Below are positions 19,328 through 29,874 of a DNA stretch of 64,000 nucleotides, piece after piece. Positions within the stretch are counted from its first letter, which is position 1; the number at the start of each line of letters is the position of its first letter. The position numbers were made by a program, and so were the translations under genes. Origin of the DNA: Dehalococcoidia bacterium (lineage in GTDB: Bacteria; Chloroflexota; Dehalococcoidia; Plut-88900); NCBI GenBank assembly GCA_965197645.1, contig OZ240219.1, positions 2,688,001-2,752,000 on the forward strand, read 5' to 3'. The notes beneath the pieces were generated by a model. It was not told the origin of the DNA. It was given only the letters and a program-made list of their open reading frames with translations, and did no database searches.

Positions 19328-19493
19328 GCTCTAGCTCCCTTATCCCTCCGGGCTGTATAGTGACTCATCCACCTCTATCGGGCACATCGTGAGTATACTG
19401 TAGGCGGGATGGCGACTGTCAACGCTGGCTACACGCCGCCGGCAACCCCTACGGCACAGCGGCGGTCTAGCAGCGTAGAGCAAGGAGAAGATC

Positions 19494-20546
19494 ATGGTCA
19501 ACCTCTCAGCCGATAGGATCACAACCGTATGCCGGACTCTGCTGTCCGCCGGCGGGGCTACCGACCATCACGCATCGATAGTGGCCGAGCACCTGGCCGA
19601 TGCCAATCTGACCGGCCATGACTCCCACGGCGTAATCCGGATACCTCAGTACATGGAGGAGATCAAGCAGGGGAATCTGGACCCCGCGGCGGAGCCGGTC
19701 ATCGTCAAAGAAGACCGGGCCCTCGTCGAGGTGAACGGCAACAACACCTTCGGGCAGGTCGTTGGCAAGTATGCCACCGAGATCGCCCTATCCAAGGCCG
19801 GGGAGCACGGCATCAGCATGGTATCGATGTACAACCTCAACCACACCGGACGGATCGGCGCTTACCCCGAGATGATCGCCAGAGACGGAATGGCGGGCAT
19901 GATGTTCTGCGGATACGCTTCCAGGGGTGCGGGCGGGGTCGCACCCTTCGGCGGCCGAGAGGGACGGCTGGGCACCAATCCCATCGCCATCTCGTTCCCG
20001 CTTCCTTCCGGCAAGGTGGTCCTGCTGGACTTTGCCACGTCGATAGCCGCCGAGGGAAAGATAAGAGTCTACAAGTCCAGGGAAAAGATGTTGCCTGGCG
20101 AGTGGGTCCTGGACAAGGAGGGCAAGGTCAGCACTGATCCGGACGATTACTACGGTGGCGGTGCTCTCCTGCCCATGGGCGGAATGGACGGAGGCCACAA
20201 GGGCTATGCCCTTTCCTTCATGGTGCTGCTCCTCAGCGGCCTGTCTGAGGGCATCTTATCTTTGGACCCCGCAGCGGCCGGCCTCCAGTACGGCAACTCC
20301 ATCATTGCCATCGACATCGCCAGGTTTGCTCCGGTAGACCGGCTTGGAGAGCACGCATCGGGGCTGGTGGACCTAGTCAAGGATACGGCTCCGCTGCCCG
20401 GCTTCGACGAAGTGCTTTATCCGGGCGAGATCGAAGAGAGAAACCGGACGGAGAGAAGGGCGAACGGCGTCGAAGTGGAAGAGGCCACCTGGAGCAAAGT
20501 AACCGGCCTGCTGGAAGAGTACGGACTGGAGGAAGGGCCGGGCTAG
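19494..20546 (+). CDS. Ldh2/MDH2-family NAD(P)-dependent oxidoreductase
   Basis: GHDSHG, HTGRIG, GTNPIA, LDFATS, GHKGYAL, YPGE. Confidence 0.92.
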   Translation: MVNLSADRITTVCRTLLSAGGATDHHASIVAEHLADANLTGHDSHGVIRIPQYMEEIKQGNLDPAAEPVIVKEDRALVEVNGNNTFGQVVGKYATEIALSKAGEHGISMVSMYNLNHTGRIGAYPEMIARDGMAGMMFCGYASRGAGGVAPFGGREGRLGTNPIAISFPLPSGKVVLLDFATSIAAEGKIRVYKSREKMLPGEWVLDKEGKVSTDPDDYYGGGALLPMGGMDGGHKGYALSFMVLLLSGLSEGILSLDPAAAGLQYGNSIIAIDIARFAPVDRLGEHASGLVDLVKDTAPLPGFDEVLYPGEIEERNRTERRANGVEVEEATWSKVTGLLEEYGLEEGPG

Positions 20547-20561
20547 CCCGAGTCGAGAAGA

Positions 20562-21209
20562 CTACCGGCCCCGGGGCTTGATGCTCACCTTTCGGTTGTC
20601 GCCGAGGCCGGTGCTCTCGGTGGTCACGTGGCGGTGGTCGGATAGAGCCATGTGAATAACCCGGCGCTCGCTGGGGGACATGGGCTCCAGCGTGAAGGCC
20701 CGGCCCGAGTTCCGGACCTTCTCCGCGAGGCGATGGGCCAAGCCGGTCAGCGACTTGTGCCTTCGCTGCTTGTACCCCTCGACGTCGATGTTGACGGGCT
20801 GCCAGCTCTCCAACCTGCGGCTGACCAGGAAGTTCACTATGTACTGGAGGGAGTTGAGGGTCATCCCCGACCGGCCGATGAGCAAGCCCGAATCATCGCC
20901 GATGATCTCGATGGAAAGGGGCCCGCCTGCGATCTCTTCCTGGTCCTTGAAGCGGACGGTGGCATCGGCATCCATCAGCCCGAGGAGCGTTTCAAGGACC
21001 TCCTTGGCCAGGATCTCGGCTTCGGGCGTCTCTGCCCTAGGGGTAACTCGAACTCTGGCAGGCTCACTGCGAATGCCGAGGATACCGGACCTACCTTCGG
21101 CGACGACGACGACGTCTACCTCCTCGCGCTCGGCGTCCAGTTCCTTGAGCGCTATCTCGATCGCCTCCTCCACCGTCTTCGCCGATATCTCCAGGCTCTC
21201 CCTCTCCAT
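20562..21209 (-). CDS. jag: Jag/EloR (KhpB) RNA-binding protein
   Basis: AKTVEEAI Jag_N, GLLIGRSG KH, ERRVIH R3H; follows yidC. Confidence 0.95.
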   Translation of the reverse strand: MERESLEISAKTVEEAIEIALKELDAEREEVDVVVVAEGRSGILGIRSEPARVRVTPRAETPEAEILAKEVLETLLGLMDADATVRFKDQEEIAGGPLSIEIIGDDSGLLIGRSGMTLNSLQYIVNFLVSRRLESWQPVNIDVEGYKQRRHKSLTGLAHRLAEKVRNSGRAFTLEPMSPSERRVIHMALSDHRHVTTESTGLGDNRKVSIKPRGR

Positions 21210-22032
21210 TGACCACCGTCTCTTTCGAGTCCTCTACTGCCTCTTCGTCAGCGGCCGGTTGGCCGGAGGATCGGGCCGCGGCCGCCGGGGCAGGGATCAG
21301 GTCTCTGAAACCGCTGACGCGGTACTGCAAAGCAATTGTAATCACGTTGGAAACCACCCAGTACAGGGCCAGGCCGGCCGGGAATCCCAGGGTAAAGAAC
21401 CCGAACATAACCGGCATCATCCACTGCATCATAGTGTTCATGGACGCCTGTCTCGGGTCCTGGGGTGCGCTGGTCATCATCATCCTCTGCTGCACCCACA
21501 TGGACACGCCAACCAGTACAGGCATCAGGAACTTGGTCGGGTCCGGCTCGGCGAGGTCCATCCACAGGAAGCCGCTGTTTAGGGGAACGGCGTCGTGCAC
21601 TGCCGGCATCCAAGCCCACAACCGCTGAGACAGGTCCACGTAGCCCTCGGGAGATCTGGGCAATGCATTCAGAATGGCTTGATAGAGGCCGATCAGTATG
21701 GGCAGCTGAACGAACATGGGGCCCAGGCAGCCTATGGGATTGACACCCTCTTCCTTGTACAGCCGCATCGTCTCCTGGGATACCTTGCCCCTATCCTTGG
21801 CATAGCGTTTCTGGATCTCCCGGATTTTGGGCTGCAGGGACTGCATCGCTTTGGAAGCTTGCAGCTGACGCCTGGTCAGGGGGAACAGCGCTACTCGGAT
21901 CAATCCCGTGAAGGCGATTATGCTGATGCCGAAGTTATTGCCGAGAATGCTGTACAGGAAGATCAGGGCGTTCACCATGATATCGATGAACAGCCCGAAG
22001 AACTCTCGTATTATGTCCCAGAAAATGCCCAC
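21091..22032 (-). CDS. yidC: Membrane protein insertase YidC
   Basis: LQPKIREIQKRY, GVNPIGCLGP..VQLP, GLALYWVVSN; 3' end overlaps jag by 119 nt. Confidence 0.95.
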   Translation of the reverse strand: MGIFWDIIREFFGLFIDIMVNALIFLYSILGNNFGISIIAFTGLIRVALFPLTRRQLQASKAMQSLQPKIREIQKRYAKDRGKVSQETMRLYKEEGVNPIGCLGPMFVQLPILIGLYQAILNALPRSPEGYVDLSQRLWAWMPAVHDAVPLNSGFLWMDLAEPDPTKFLMPVLVGVSMWVQQRMMMTSAPQDPRQASMNTMMQWMMPVMFGFFTLGFPAGLALYWVVSNVITIALQYRVSGFRDLIPAPAAAARSSGQPAADEEAVEDSKETVVNGEGEPGDIGEDGGGGDRDSAQGTGRRARGGRRRRRRRR

Positions 22033-22043
22033 TCAGCTCCTCT

Positions 22044-23261
22044 TCACTGCCCTGAAGCCCAGCTTCGATTCAAGGAGCCCGTTTCGGCGTCCAAAGCGAA
22101 CAGTTCGTGGTTGGTGTTGACTACGTAGATCACGTTGCCGCCGGCGCCCACCTCCGCCAACACCCTGCCCCGGGCATCGAAGGGGGCTTCCCAGCCTGCG
22201 GCCTGTTGGCCGCTGATGGGATCTATGCCATATACCTTTCCATCTCGAGAGCCTACGACCAGCACCTGATCGCTCACCGAAGTGAAAGGCCCGGACAGGG
22301 AGCTCTTGTTGACCAGAACGGGGCTCGCTCTAACTCCCTGCCCCGTCTTGAACGGGCTTCGCCAGGCCGGGCTTCCATTGGATGCGTTTAGGGCATAGAC
22401 GTTCCCGTCCAAGGAACCTACGTAGATTATTTCTCCGGTGCCGGGGACCTGGGCCATGACGGCGCCGGACCAGAACCAGTTGCCTGCTTTGAACGTCCAG
22501 ATGGCTTTCTTCTCTGCGCCGATGGCGTAGAAGTTGTTGTCGAAGGAACCTACGTAGACCACTCCGTCTTCAACCAGGGGCCTGGCTATGACGGCGCCTC
22601 CGGCCTGGAACTCCAGTACCTTGTTGCCACTCTCGTTGACCCCGAAGACCTTCCCGCTAAGGGTGCCGAAATACACCACTCCGGCATCTACGACGGGCGT
22701 ACCCCAGATGGGGCTTTTGGCATCGAACAGGACGGCGCCCAGAAGGCCCTTGGGCTCTCCGGTGGCGGCATCGAGCGAGTAGAGCTTTCCGTCGTCGGAG
22801 CCTACATAGATGGTGTTGGTGACCGTGGAATAAGCGGGCCCGCCGAACACGGGCCCCATGCCGTCGGTCTCCGGATAGACCCAGTCTTTGCCCGAGCCTC
22901 TAACGTCGAGAGCGTACAACCGGCCGTAGTGGTCGCCGTCGCTCTCGTACACGGAGGTGGAGTAGAGGAGACTGTTCTCGTAGATGGGAGTGCCGTAGAT
23001 GGCTACCGGCTGCTGACCCTCTCCGAAGGGCTTCTCCTGCTGGTCGCCCCGAACGGTGTTCACTTCAATGATGGTAGTGAAGGCCCTATCCTGTTTGGAG
23101 GCCATGTAAACGTTTTCGTCAACCACTACGGGTCCGGACCAGCCGGTAAAGCTGAACCCCAGTCCGGTCTGGGAGCACGCCATCGAGACGACGGCGGCGA
23201 GGATGACCAGCGGTAGGATAAGTTTCGAGAGACGGGCCCTACGGGGGCCGCCAATAGGCAA
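22044..23261 (-). CDS. PQQ-like beta-propeller lipoprotein
   Basis: Repeats VYVGSxDGxLYALDAxTG; signal/lipobox VSMAC; start (TTG 23261) uncertain. Confidence 0.85.
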   Translation of the reverse strand: MPIGGPRRARLSKLILPLVILAAVVSMACSQTGLGFSFTGWSGPVVVDENVYMASKQDRAFTTIIEVNTVRGDQQEKPFGEGQQPVAIYGTPIYENSLLYSTSVYESDGDHYGRLYALDVRGSGKDWVYPETDGMGPVFGGPAYSTVTNTIYVGSDDGKLYSLDAATGEPKGLLGAVLFDAKSPIWGTPVVDAGVVYFGTLSGKVFGVNESGNKVLEFQAGGAVIARPLVEDGVVYVGSFDNNFYAIGAEKKAIWTFKAGNWFWSGAVMAQVPGTGEIIYVGSLDGNVYALNASNGSPAWRSPFKTGQGVRASPVLVNKSSLSGPFTSVSDQVLVVGSRDGKVYGIDPISGQQAAGWEAPFDARGRVLAEVGAGGNVIYVVNTNHELFALDAETGSLNRSWASGQ

Positions 23262-23329
23262 CGAGCCTGCCCGCGCCAGCCGTCGCAGCGGTGGGGATGC
23301 AAGAGTACAACCTACGATCGTAGAGAGGT

Positions 23330-23539
23330 TCAAGGTATAGGGTCGTAGCCGCCTTTGGACAGCGGGTGACATCGGGCGAGGCGTTTTGCTGTGAGCCAAG
23401 CTCCCCTCGCTGTTCCGTGCTTTTCGATGGCGCCGGAACCGTAAGCGGAACAGGTGGGTTCATAGCGGCAAGCGGGGCCATAGTACGGCGATACAGCTGC
23501 CTGATAAAACTTTATCAGGCCGAGGGTAAAGCTCTTCAA
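23330..23539 (-). CDS. yidD: Membrane protein insertion efficiency factor YidD
   Basis: CRYEPTCSAY...RCHP...GGYDP. Confidence 0.95.
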   Translation of the reverse strand: MKSFTLGLIKFYQAAVSPYYGPACRYEPTCSAYGSGAIEKHGTARGAWLTAKRLARCHPLSKGGYDPIP

Positions 23540-23548
23540 ATCTTCTCC

Positions 23549-23899
23549 TCAGACCGGTTGCGCCAGCAGGGAGCAGAGTAGACCTGCGCTGGAGAGCAAG
23601 TCATGTAATCTCTCTCGAAGATTCTGGTAGGTTGTATTGGTGGCGCCTTTCCGGCCTATTAGAACCAGGTCCCAGCCCTTTTGGGTCGTAAGCTCCCGAG
23701 TAACTTCCCGAAGCCGACGTTTGACCCGGTTCCTGAGAACCGCCCCGCCGAGACGCTTTCCCACGGAGAATCCGTACCTGTTGACTTCCAGGCCGTTGGG
23801 GTAGACCCCCAGTACCAGAAAATCGTTAGACCAGCGCTTTCCCCGTTTCAGGACCCGTACGAACTGTTCGTTCGTCTTGAGTCTCCGGTCCTGCGTCAT
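23549..23899 (-). CDS. rnpA: Ribonuclease P protein component
   Basis: GFSVGKRLGGAVLRNRVKRRLRE (RNR motif). Confidence 0.95.
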   Translation of the reverse strand: MTQDRRLKTNEQFVRVLKRGKRWSNDFLVLGVYPNGLEVNRYGFSVGKRLGGAVLRNRVKRRLREVTRELTTQKGWDLVLIGRKGATNTTYQNLRERLHDLLSSAGLLCSLLAQPV

Positions 23900-23940
23900 C
23901 CCGCTGCCGGGCTTCCCTTTCTTAAAGTTCTAGGTTATTG

Positions 23941-24078
23941 CTAGACGGCGATTCGTTGTCGTCCCTTCTGACGCCGTCTTCTAATTACGTCGCGGCCTCC
24001 CCGGGTATGCATACGGGCTATGAACCCGTGCTTACGCTTGCGAGGTCGCTTCTTTGGTTGATAGGTGCGCTTCGGCAC
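23941..24078 (-). CDS. rpmH: 50S ribosomal protein L34
   Basis: Manual translation [45 protein letters not shown] (45 aa, missing from ORF track). Confidence 0.96.
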   Translation of the reverse strand: MPKRTYQPKKRPRKRKHGFIARMHTRGGRDVIRRRRQKGRQRIAV

Positions 24079-24103
24079 TTGCCCGTCCGTCCTTTAAGTC
24101 GGG

Positions 24104-24132
24104 ATTATATTTAACCCCGATTTTAGTGTCAA
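24104..24132 (-). promoter_or_regulatory. Consensus sigma70 promoter of the rpmH operon
   Basis: TTGACA-N17-TATAAT on the minus strand. Confidence 0.85.
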
Positions 24133-24331
24133 TTAACCCAGTTTATGCGGCCGTTCCAACACTCCCTACCATCTCCCTTGGTGACCGGAAAAGGGAGACG
24201 AGACAAAAGCGTAGGCGGCCCTGGATGGTATATTGTTAAACGCTCTACCCGGTTGATGCGATTGTGCATTGTATCACGACAAGGCCACCCGAAGCTATCG
24301 CCCAGGTCTCCTATCCCCCTACGGACGCCCC

Positions 24332-25057
24332 ATGTCGAAAGTAAGGCTGGATCTCCTGTTACTGCGGAAGGGCCTCGTCTCGAGCATAGAGGAGGCCCGA
24401 GGGTTGATCATGGCCGGCAAGGTGCGGCTGCAGGACCGGGTGATGGACAAGCCGGGCCACCAGCTGCGGGGAGATGAAGAGATAGTGCTGGCCGAAAGGC
24501 GTCGATACGTGGGCAGGGGAGGCATCAAGCTGGAGCATGCCCTGTCAGCGTTTGAGTTATCTGTGAAGGGGAAAACCGCCCTGGACGTCGGCGCCTCCAC
24601 CGGTGGGTTCACCGATTGCCTGCTTCAACAAGGCGCTGAAATGGTCTACGCGCTGGACGTGGGCCGAGGGCAGCTCGACTACCGTCTTAGGACCGACCGC
24701 CGCGTCACGGTGATGGAGAACATCAACGCTCACTACCCGTTCGAAATGCCGCAACTGGTCGATCTAGCCACCATCGACGTTGCGTTCATTTCGTTAGAGA
24801 AGGTGGTCCCCAACGTTCTGGAGCACCTCGAAGCGGACGGGCTGGTGGTAGCGCTGGTCAAGCCCCAGTTCGAGGCGAGGCGGGAGCAGGTGGAGAGGGG
24901 CGGCCTCGTGCGGGACCCGTCCGTGCATGCGGACGTTCTGGGGAGATTCGCGGTCTGGGCTATCGGTCAGAACCTCGGATTCGGGGGACTAACGCCCTCA
25001 CCTATTCTGGGGGCCAAGGGCAACCGGGAGTTCTTCGTGCTGCTTCGGAAGAACTGA
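24332..25057 (+). CDS. tlyA: TlyA-family rRNA methyltransferase
   Basis: S4 domain RLDLLL, YVGRGGIKL, LDVGASTGGFTD, LVKPQFE, GNREF. Confidence 0.95.
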   Translation: MSKVRLDLLLLRKGLVSSIEEARGLIMAGKVRLQDRVMDKPGHQLRGDEEIVLAERRRYVGRGGIKLEHALSAFELSVKGKTALDVGASTGGFTDCLLQQGAEMVYALDVGRGQLDYRLRTDRRVTVMENINAHYPFEMPQLVDLATIDVAFISLEKVVPNVLEHLEADGLVVALVKPQFEARREQVERGGLVRDPSVHADVLGRFAVWAIGQNLGFGGLTPSPILGAKGNREFFVLLRKN

Positions 25058-25060
25058 CCC

Positions 25061-26629
<1,569 letters not shown>

Positions 26630-26840
26630 AAATATCGGCTCCGTTATGTCGAGTTATGTGTGTAGAGACCAAGCCAAATTACTCGGTAGGTTGCAGAGGG
26701 GAAAGGTGGTGAAGCAGTTGTCCGCTATTGGACATTCCGTGCCCAGGGTCGGTAACGGGCTGCTCGCTGGTTGGTAGGTAAGACTCAACGGAATATAGCT
26801 AACGATTGAGGTCTGCTGGGACGGAGGAATTATAACAAAA

Positions 26841-27809
26841 CTAGGACGAAACGTGGGGCGATTCCAGGCCCTTTGTCCCGACCCCCTTCGATTCCAGCCG
26901 GGCCATCACCTCTCCGACCCCCGCTACAAGCCCGTCTACAACCTCTCTAGCCGACAGGACCTCGTTGACGAGGCCGGCCCCCTGGCCCACGCTGAAGGGA
27001 TAGTCGACGCCGGGAAAGTGCCGGTCCATGAACTCCCGGCTGAAACCCCGCCCCGAATAGTTGCGATCGACCGAGGTACTGTCATCGGCAGCCATCAATA
27101 CGGCCCGTATGTGATCTTGGGATGCGCTGCTCTCCCTGGTGGCGATGAACCGGGTACCGACGTATATCCCCTCGGCGCCCAGCGCGAGGGCGGAGACCAA
27201 TGCTCGTGAATCGGTGACAGCGCCGCCCAATACAACCGGTATATCCAGCCTGTCCACAACCTGGGGCACCAGGGCCAGGTTGCCGATCTGCTGCCGGCTG
27301 GCCCCTCCCCCCGCCTCGGCGCCATTGGCAATGAAGATGTCGACCCCGGCCTCCTGGGCCTTCACGGCATGCCGCACCGTGGCGCCGACCTGGAGGGTCA
27401 CCATGCCAGCCTCCTTCAGGGTCGGTAGCAGGATCCTGGGATCTCCCGAGGACATGGTTGCGATCTCCACGCCCTCTTTCACTGCGATGTCCACCGCATC
27501 CCACATCTCCCGCTCCTTCCACTCCCGCAGAACGATGTGGGGGAAGTTGACCGAAAGAGGTTTATCGGTCAGGCTTTTGGCCTTGATCAGCTCGCGAAAG
27601 CCTTCGACTCCCATGCTGCTGGCCTTGATCAGCTCGCGGCGAAAGCCTTCGACTCCCATGCTGCTGGCCACCGTACCCAGGGCCCCGGCATTGGATACGG
27701 CCGCGGCCAACTCACCGAAGGAGACATCGGTCATACCCGCCTGTATGATGGGATGCCGTATCCCCAACAGCCGGGTGATGCGGGTGCTAATCACGGTTGA
27801 CGAGTCCAT
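26841..27809 (-). CDS. Nitronate monooxygenase / FabK-like flavoprotein
   Basis: PIIQAGM, AAVSNAGALG, GAEAGG, ALGAEGIYVGTRF. Confidence 0.9.
   Translation of the reverse strand: MDSSTVISTRITRLLGIRHPIIQAGMTDVSFGELAAAVSNAGALGTVASSMGVEGFRRELIKASSMGVEGFRELIKAKSLTDKPLSVNFPHIVLREWKEREMWDAVDIAVKEGVEIATMSSGDPRILLPTLKEAGMVTLQVGATVRHAVKAQEAGVDIFIANGAEAGGGASRQQIGNLALVPQVVDRLDIPVVLGGAVTDSRALVSALALGAEGIYVGTRFIATRESSASQDHIRAVLMAADDSTSVDRNYSGRGFSREFMDRHFPGVDYPFSVGQGAGLVNEVLSAREVVDGLVAGVGEVMARLESKGVGTKGLESPHVSS
27578..27669. repeat. In-frame 42/45-bp tandem duplication inside the nitronate monooxygenase gene
   Basis: Encodes SSMGVEGFRRELIKA-SSMGVEGFRELIKA. Confidence 0.92.
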
Positions 27810-27903
27810 TTTCAAAAAGGGCCAAGAACACTATTGCCACGTTGCCGAGACGGTTCCTCGGATGCACTTGCTACTTCGCGTAGCGGAATGACCCCGGAGA
27901 GGC

Positions 27904-28908
27904 TCAACGGTCCAGGATCTCATTGAGGCGGGTGACCAGTTCATTGACCACGCCAACCTGGGAGTTCCGCCTGGACCTGGCCTCCTCGAGTTCGTTGAAT
28001 TTCTGCTCCAATTCAGCGATGGGTATCAGGTCGACCAGGTAGAGGGCCTCGAACCTCTCGTATTGGAAGTTAAGCCCTTCAAACCGCCTGTCCAGCTGTT
28101 CGAACAAGATGAGAGCGATATCGTATTCGGCTTTCAGCCGATTATACTCCGAGAAGTCCTGGCAGAGCAGGTGTGTGACGAAGATATCGTGGCGGCGGCT
28201 GGGGATGTCCAGTATGGTGGTAGACACGATGTGGACCCCAACGGCCCCGGTGTCATAGCTGGCTCCGATCATGTTTCGGTAGTGGCTCGGGCTGTTCAAC
28301 CAGCCGTTGAAGGACTCTTTTGAGATGTATTCGGACGAGACCTCCATGCCGTTCAGGACCTGGAAGAGGTTCTCGGCGCAGCGAAGATCGGTCAAACCGG
28401 CCCGCTCGACCCGGTCCTGGGGCCCCAGGCCTTCCGGCGTGTAGTGATCGAAGTACTTTCGCTCGGCCATATCCTGTGAATGGGCCCGGGCGACCTCGAC
28501 CAGAAGCGCGTTCAGCGACAATCGGGGTAGTCCTTGCTCCCCTCGGAAGCTGTTGACCCTGACCTGTACCTCGCTTTCCGTCGTGTTGATGTCTGGAGTG
28601 GAAGGAGACGCTGCCTCCAAGTCGTCCAGCGATGAACGGGCGGAGACTATGAAGAGGGACGTCGGCGGCTCCTCCAGCGGTTGCCCAGCCTGGGGAAGAG
28701 AGGAGGGAGTGAACACCGGCCTGGAAGCTGCTTCCAACTCAGTGGTGTTAGTGGGCCTAGCAGTAGGAGTCGGCAGAGACTGGGATGCATCGTCTGAAGC
28801 TCCATCGGACATGGGGTTGTCGCCCGGGCTTCCCAGTAGACTCAGCAACACAGCGCCCACGAGCGCGGCAACGAGCACTAGTGACACTGCCGTACTGGCC
28901 GCTTTCAC
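27904..28908 (-). CDS. CAP/SCP-domain protein with N-terminal anchor and C-terminal coiled coil
   Basis: VNSFR...ARAHSQDMAERKYFDH...AENL...WLNSPSHYRNM. Confidence 0.88.
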   Translation of the reverse strand: MKAASTAVSLVLVAALVGAVLLSLLGSPGDNPMSDGASDDASQSLPTPTARPTNTTELEAASRPVFTPSSLPQAGQPLEEPPTSLFIVSARSSLDDLEAASPSTPDINTTESEVQVRVNSFRGEQGLPRLSLNALLVEVARAHSQDMAERKYFDHYTPEGLGPQDRVERAGLTDLRCAENLFQVLNGMEVSSEYISKESFNGWLNSPSHYRNMIGASYDTGAVGVHIVSTTILDIPSRRHDIFVTHLLCQDFSEYNRLKAEYDIALILFEQLDRRFEGLNFQYERFEALYLVDLIPIAELEQKFNELEEARSRRNSQVGVVNELVTRLNEILDR

Positions 28909-29013
28909 GTTGTAGTGGCCTCACCTGCACTAGAGATCCGAGAGGCAGCTACGATCACCGGGGCTATGCCTTCATCCATATGCCGATGAGAGTCGAGAAG
29001 TTAATGCAGGAAG

Positions 29014-29463
29014 CTAGATGGAGCCTCTGATAAGGCCAAACACCACAACGATGCCTACGGCTGCAAGGCCCAGGATTACCCAGTCTCTGAATTGGCTCAG
29101 GCGCGGCAGTTTGATTCCGGCGCGGCGATCATCGTCGCCGCCAAAGACTCTGAAGGACGTAGGTTCTACCTCGGTCGAGGTCTCACGCGGGTGCAGCGAG
29201 TAAGCTTTGCCGGTGAAGGTCCCGGATCTGCCCTCCACGTGGCCCTCCTGGTAGTATTTGCTTCCCGCGGCGTCGGCCGCCGGGGCGTCGAAATCGGGCA
29301 GAGACTCCAGAACGCCGTATCCCATGCCATAACCGCAACGAGCACATTCGACGGGCCCAATCCTGCGACCGGCCCAATAGCCCAGGGTGCCGCGGGTCCC
29401 TTCCCGAAACTGGCCGTTGCCGCATCGGGGACATTGGGATGAATCGTTCTTCAAGTTACGCAT
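29014..29463 (-). CDS. Hypothetical protein, N-terminal zinc ribbon and C-terminal TM helix
   Basis: CPRC...CARC; hydrophobic C-terminus. Confidence 0.6.
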   Translation of the reverse strand: MRNLKNDSSQCPRCGNGQFREGTRGTLGYWAGRRIGPVECARCGYGMGYGVLESLPDFDAPAADAAGSKYYQEGHVEGRSGTFTGKAYSLHPRETSTEVEPTSFRVFGGDDDRRAGIKLPRLSQFRDWVILGLAAVGIVVVFGLIRGSI

Positions 29464-29640
29464 TTTCGATTCCGGATTCTATAACGCTGCACGGGGCCAA
29501 GGGTACCCTGGCAGGCCGTTCAAGACCTCTTCGACCATCCGATTAGCACCCTTCAATTCTGTACAGCCCGTGTGATGGGGAGTCGTCTGATGCAATCCGG
29601 GGTGGGCAGGACGGAAGAACCACCATAAGTGATCGGCCTC

Positions 29641-29856
29641 CTAGTCCTTGACGGGAATGGTGCCCCAGACAATCTCATCGGGGGCGCTGACCAGCTTCTC
29701 CGCGCCGGCGATCTCCCGGATCTTGAGCAGGGTCATGTTGACTTCGGGGGTCAGGTATACCCATTCATCACCCTCGGGTATCCAATAGGGAGAGTTGATC
29801 CTTACCACCCTATTTTCCTTCTTGTTGAGGTATATGCCGAACTTGGACGGGTCCAT
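29641..29856 (-). CDS. Small hypothetical protein downstream of glmS
   Basis: AGGAG RBS, 71-aa ORF with typical codon usage, co-oriented with glmS. Confidence 0.7.
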   Translation of the reverse strand: MDPSKFGIYLNKKENRVVRINSPYWIPEGDEWVYLTPEVNMTLLKIREIAGAEKLVSAPDEIVWGTIPVKD

Positions 29857-29874
29857 ATGACAAACTCCTGAGTA

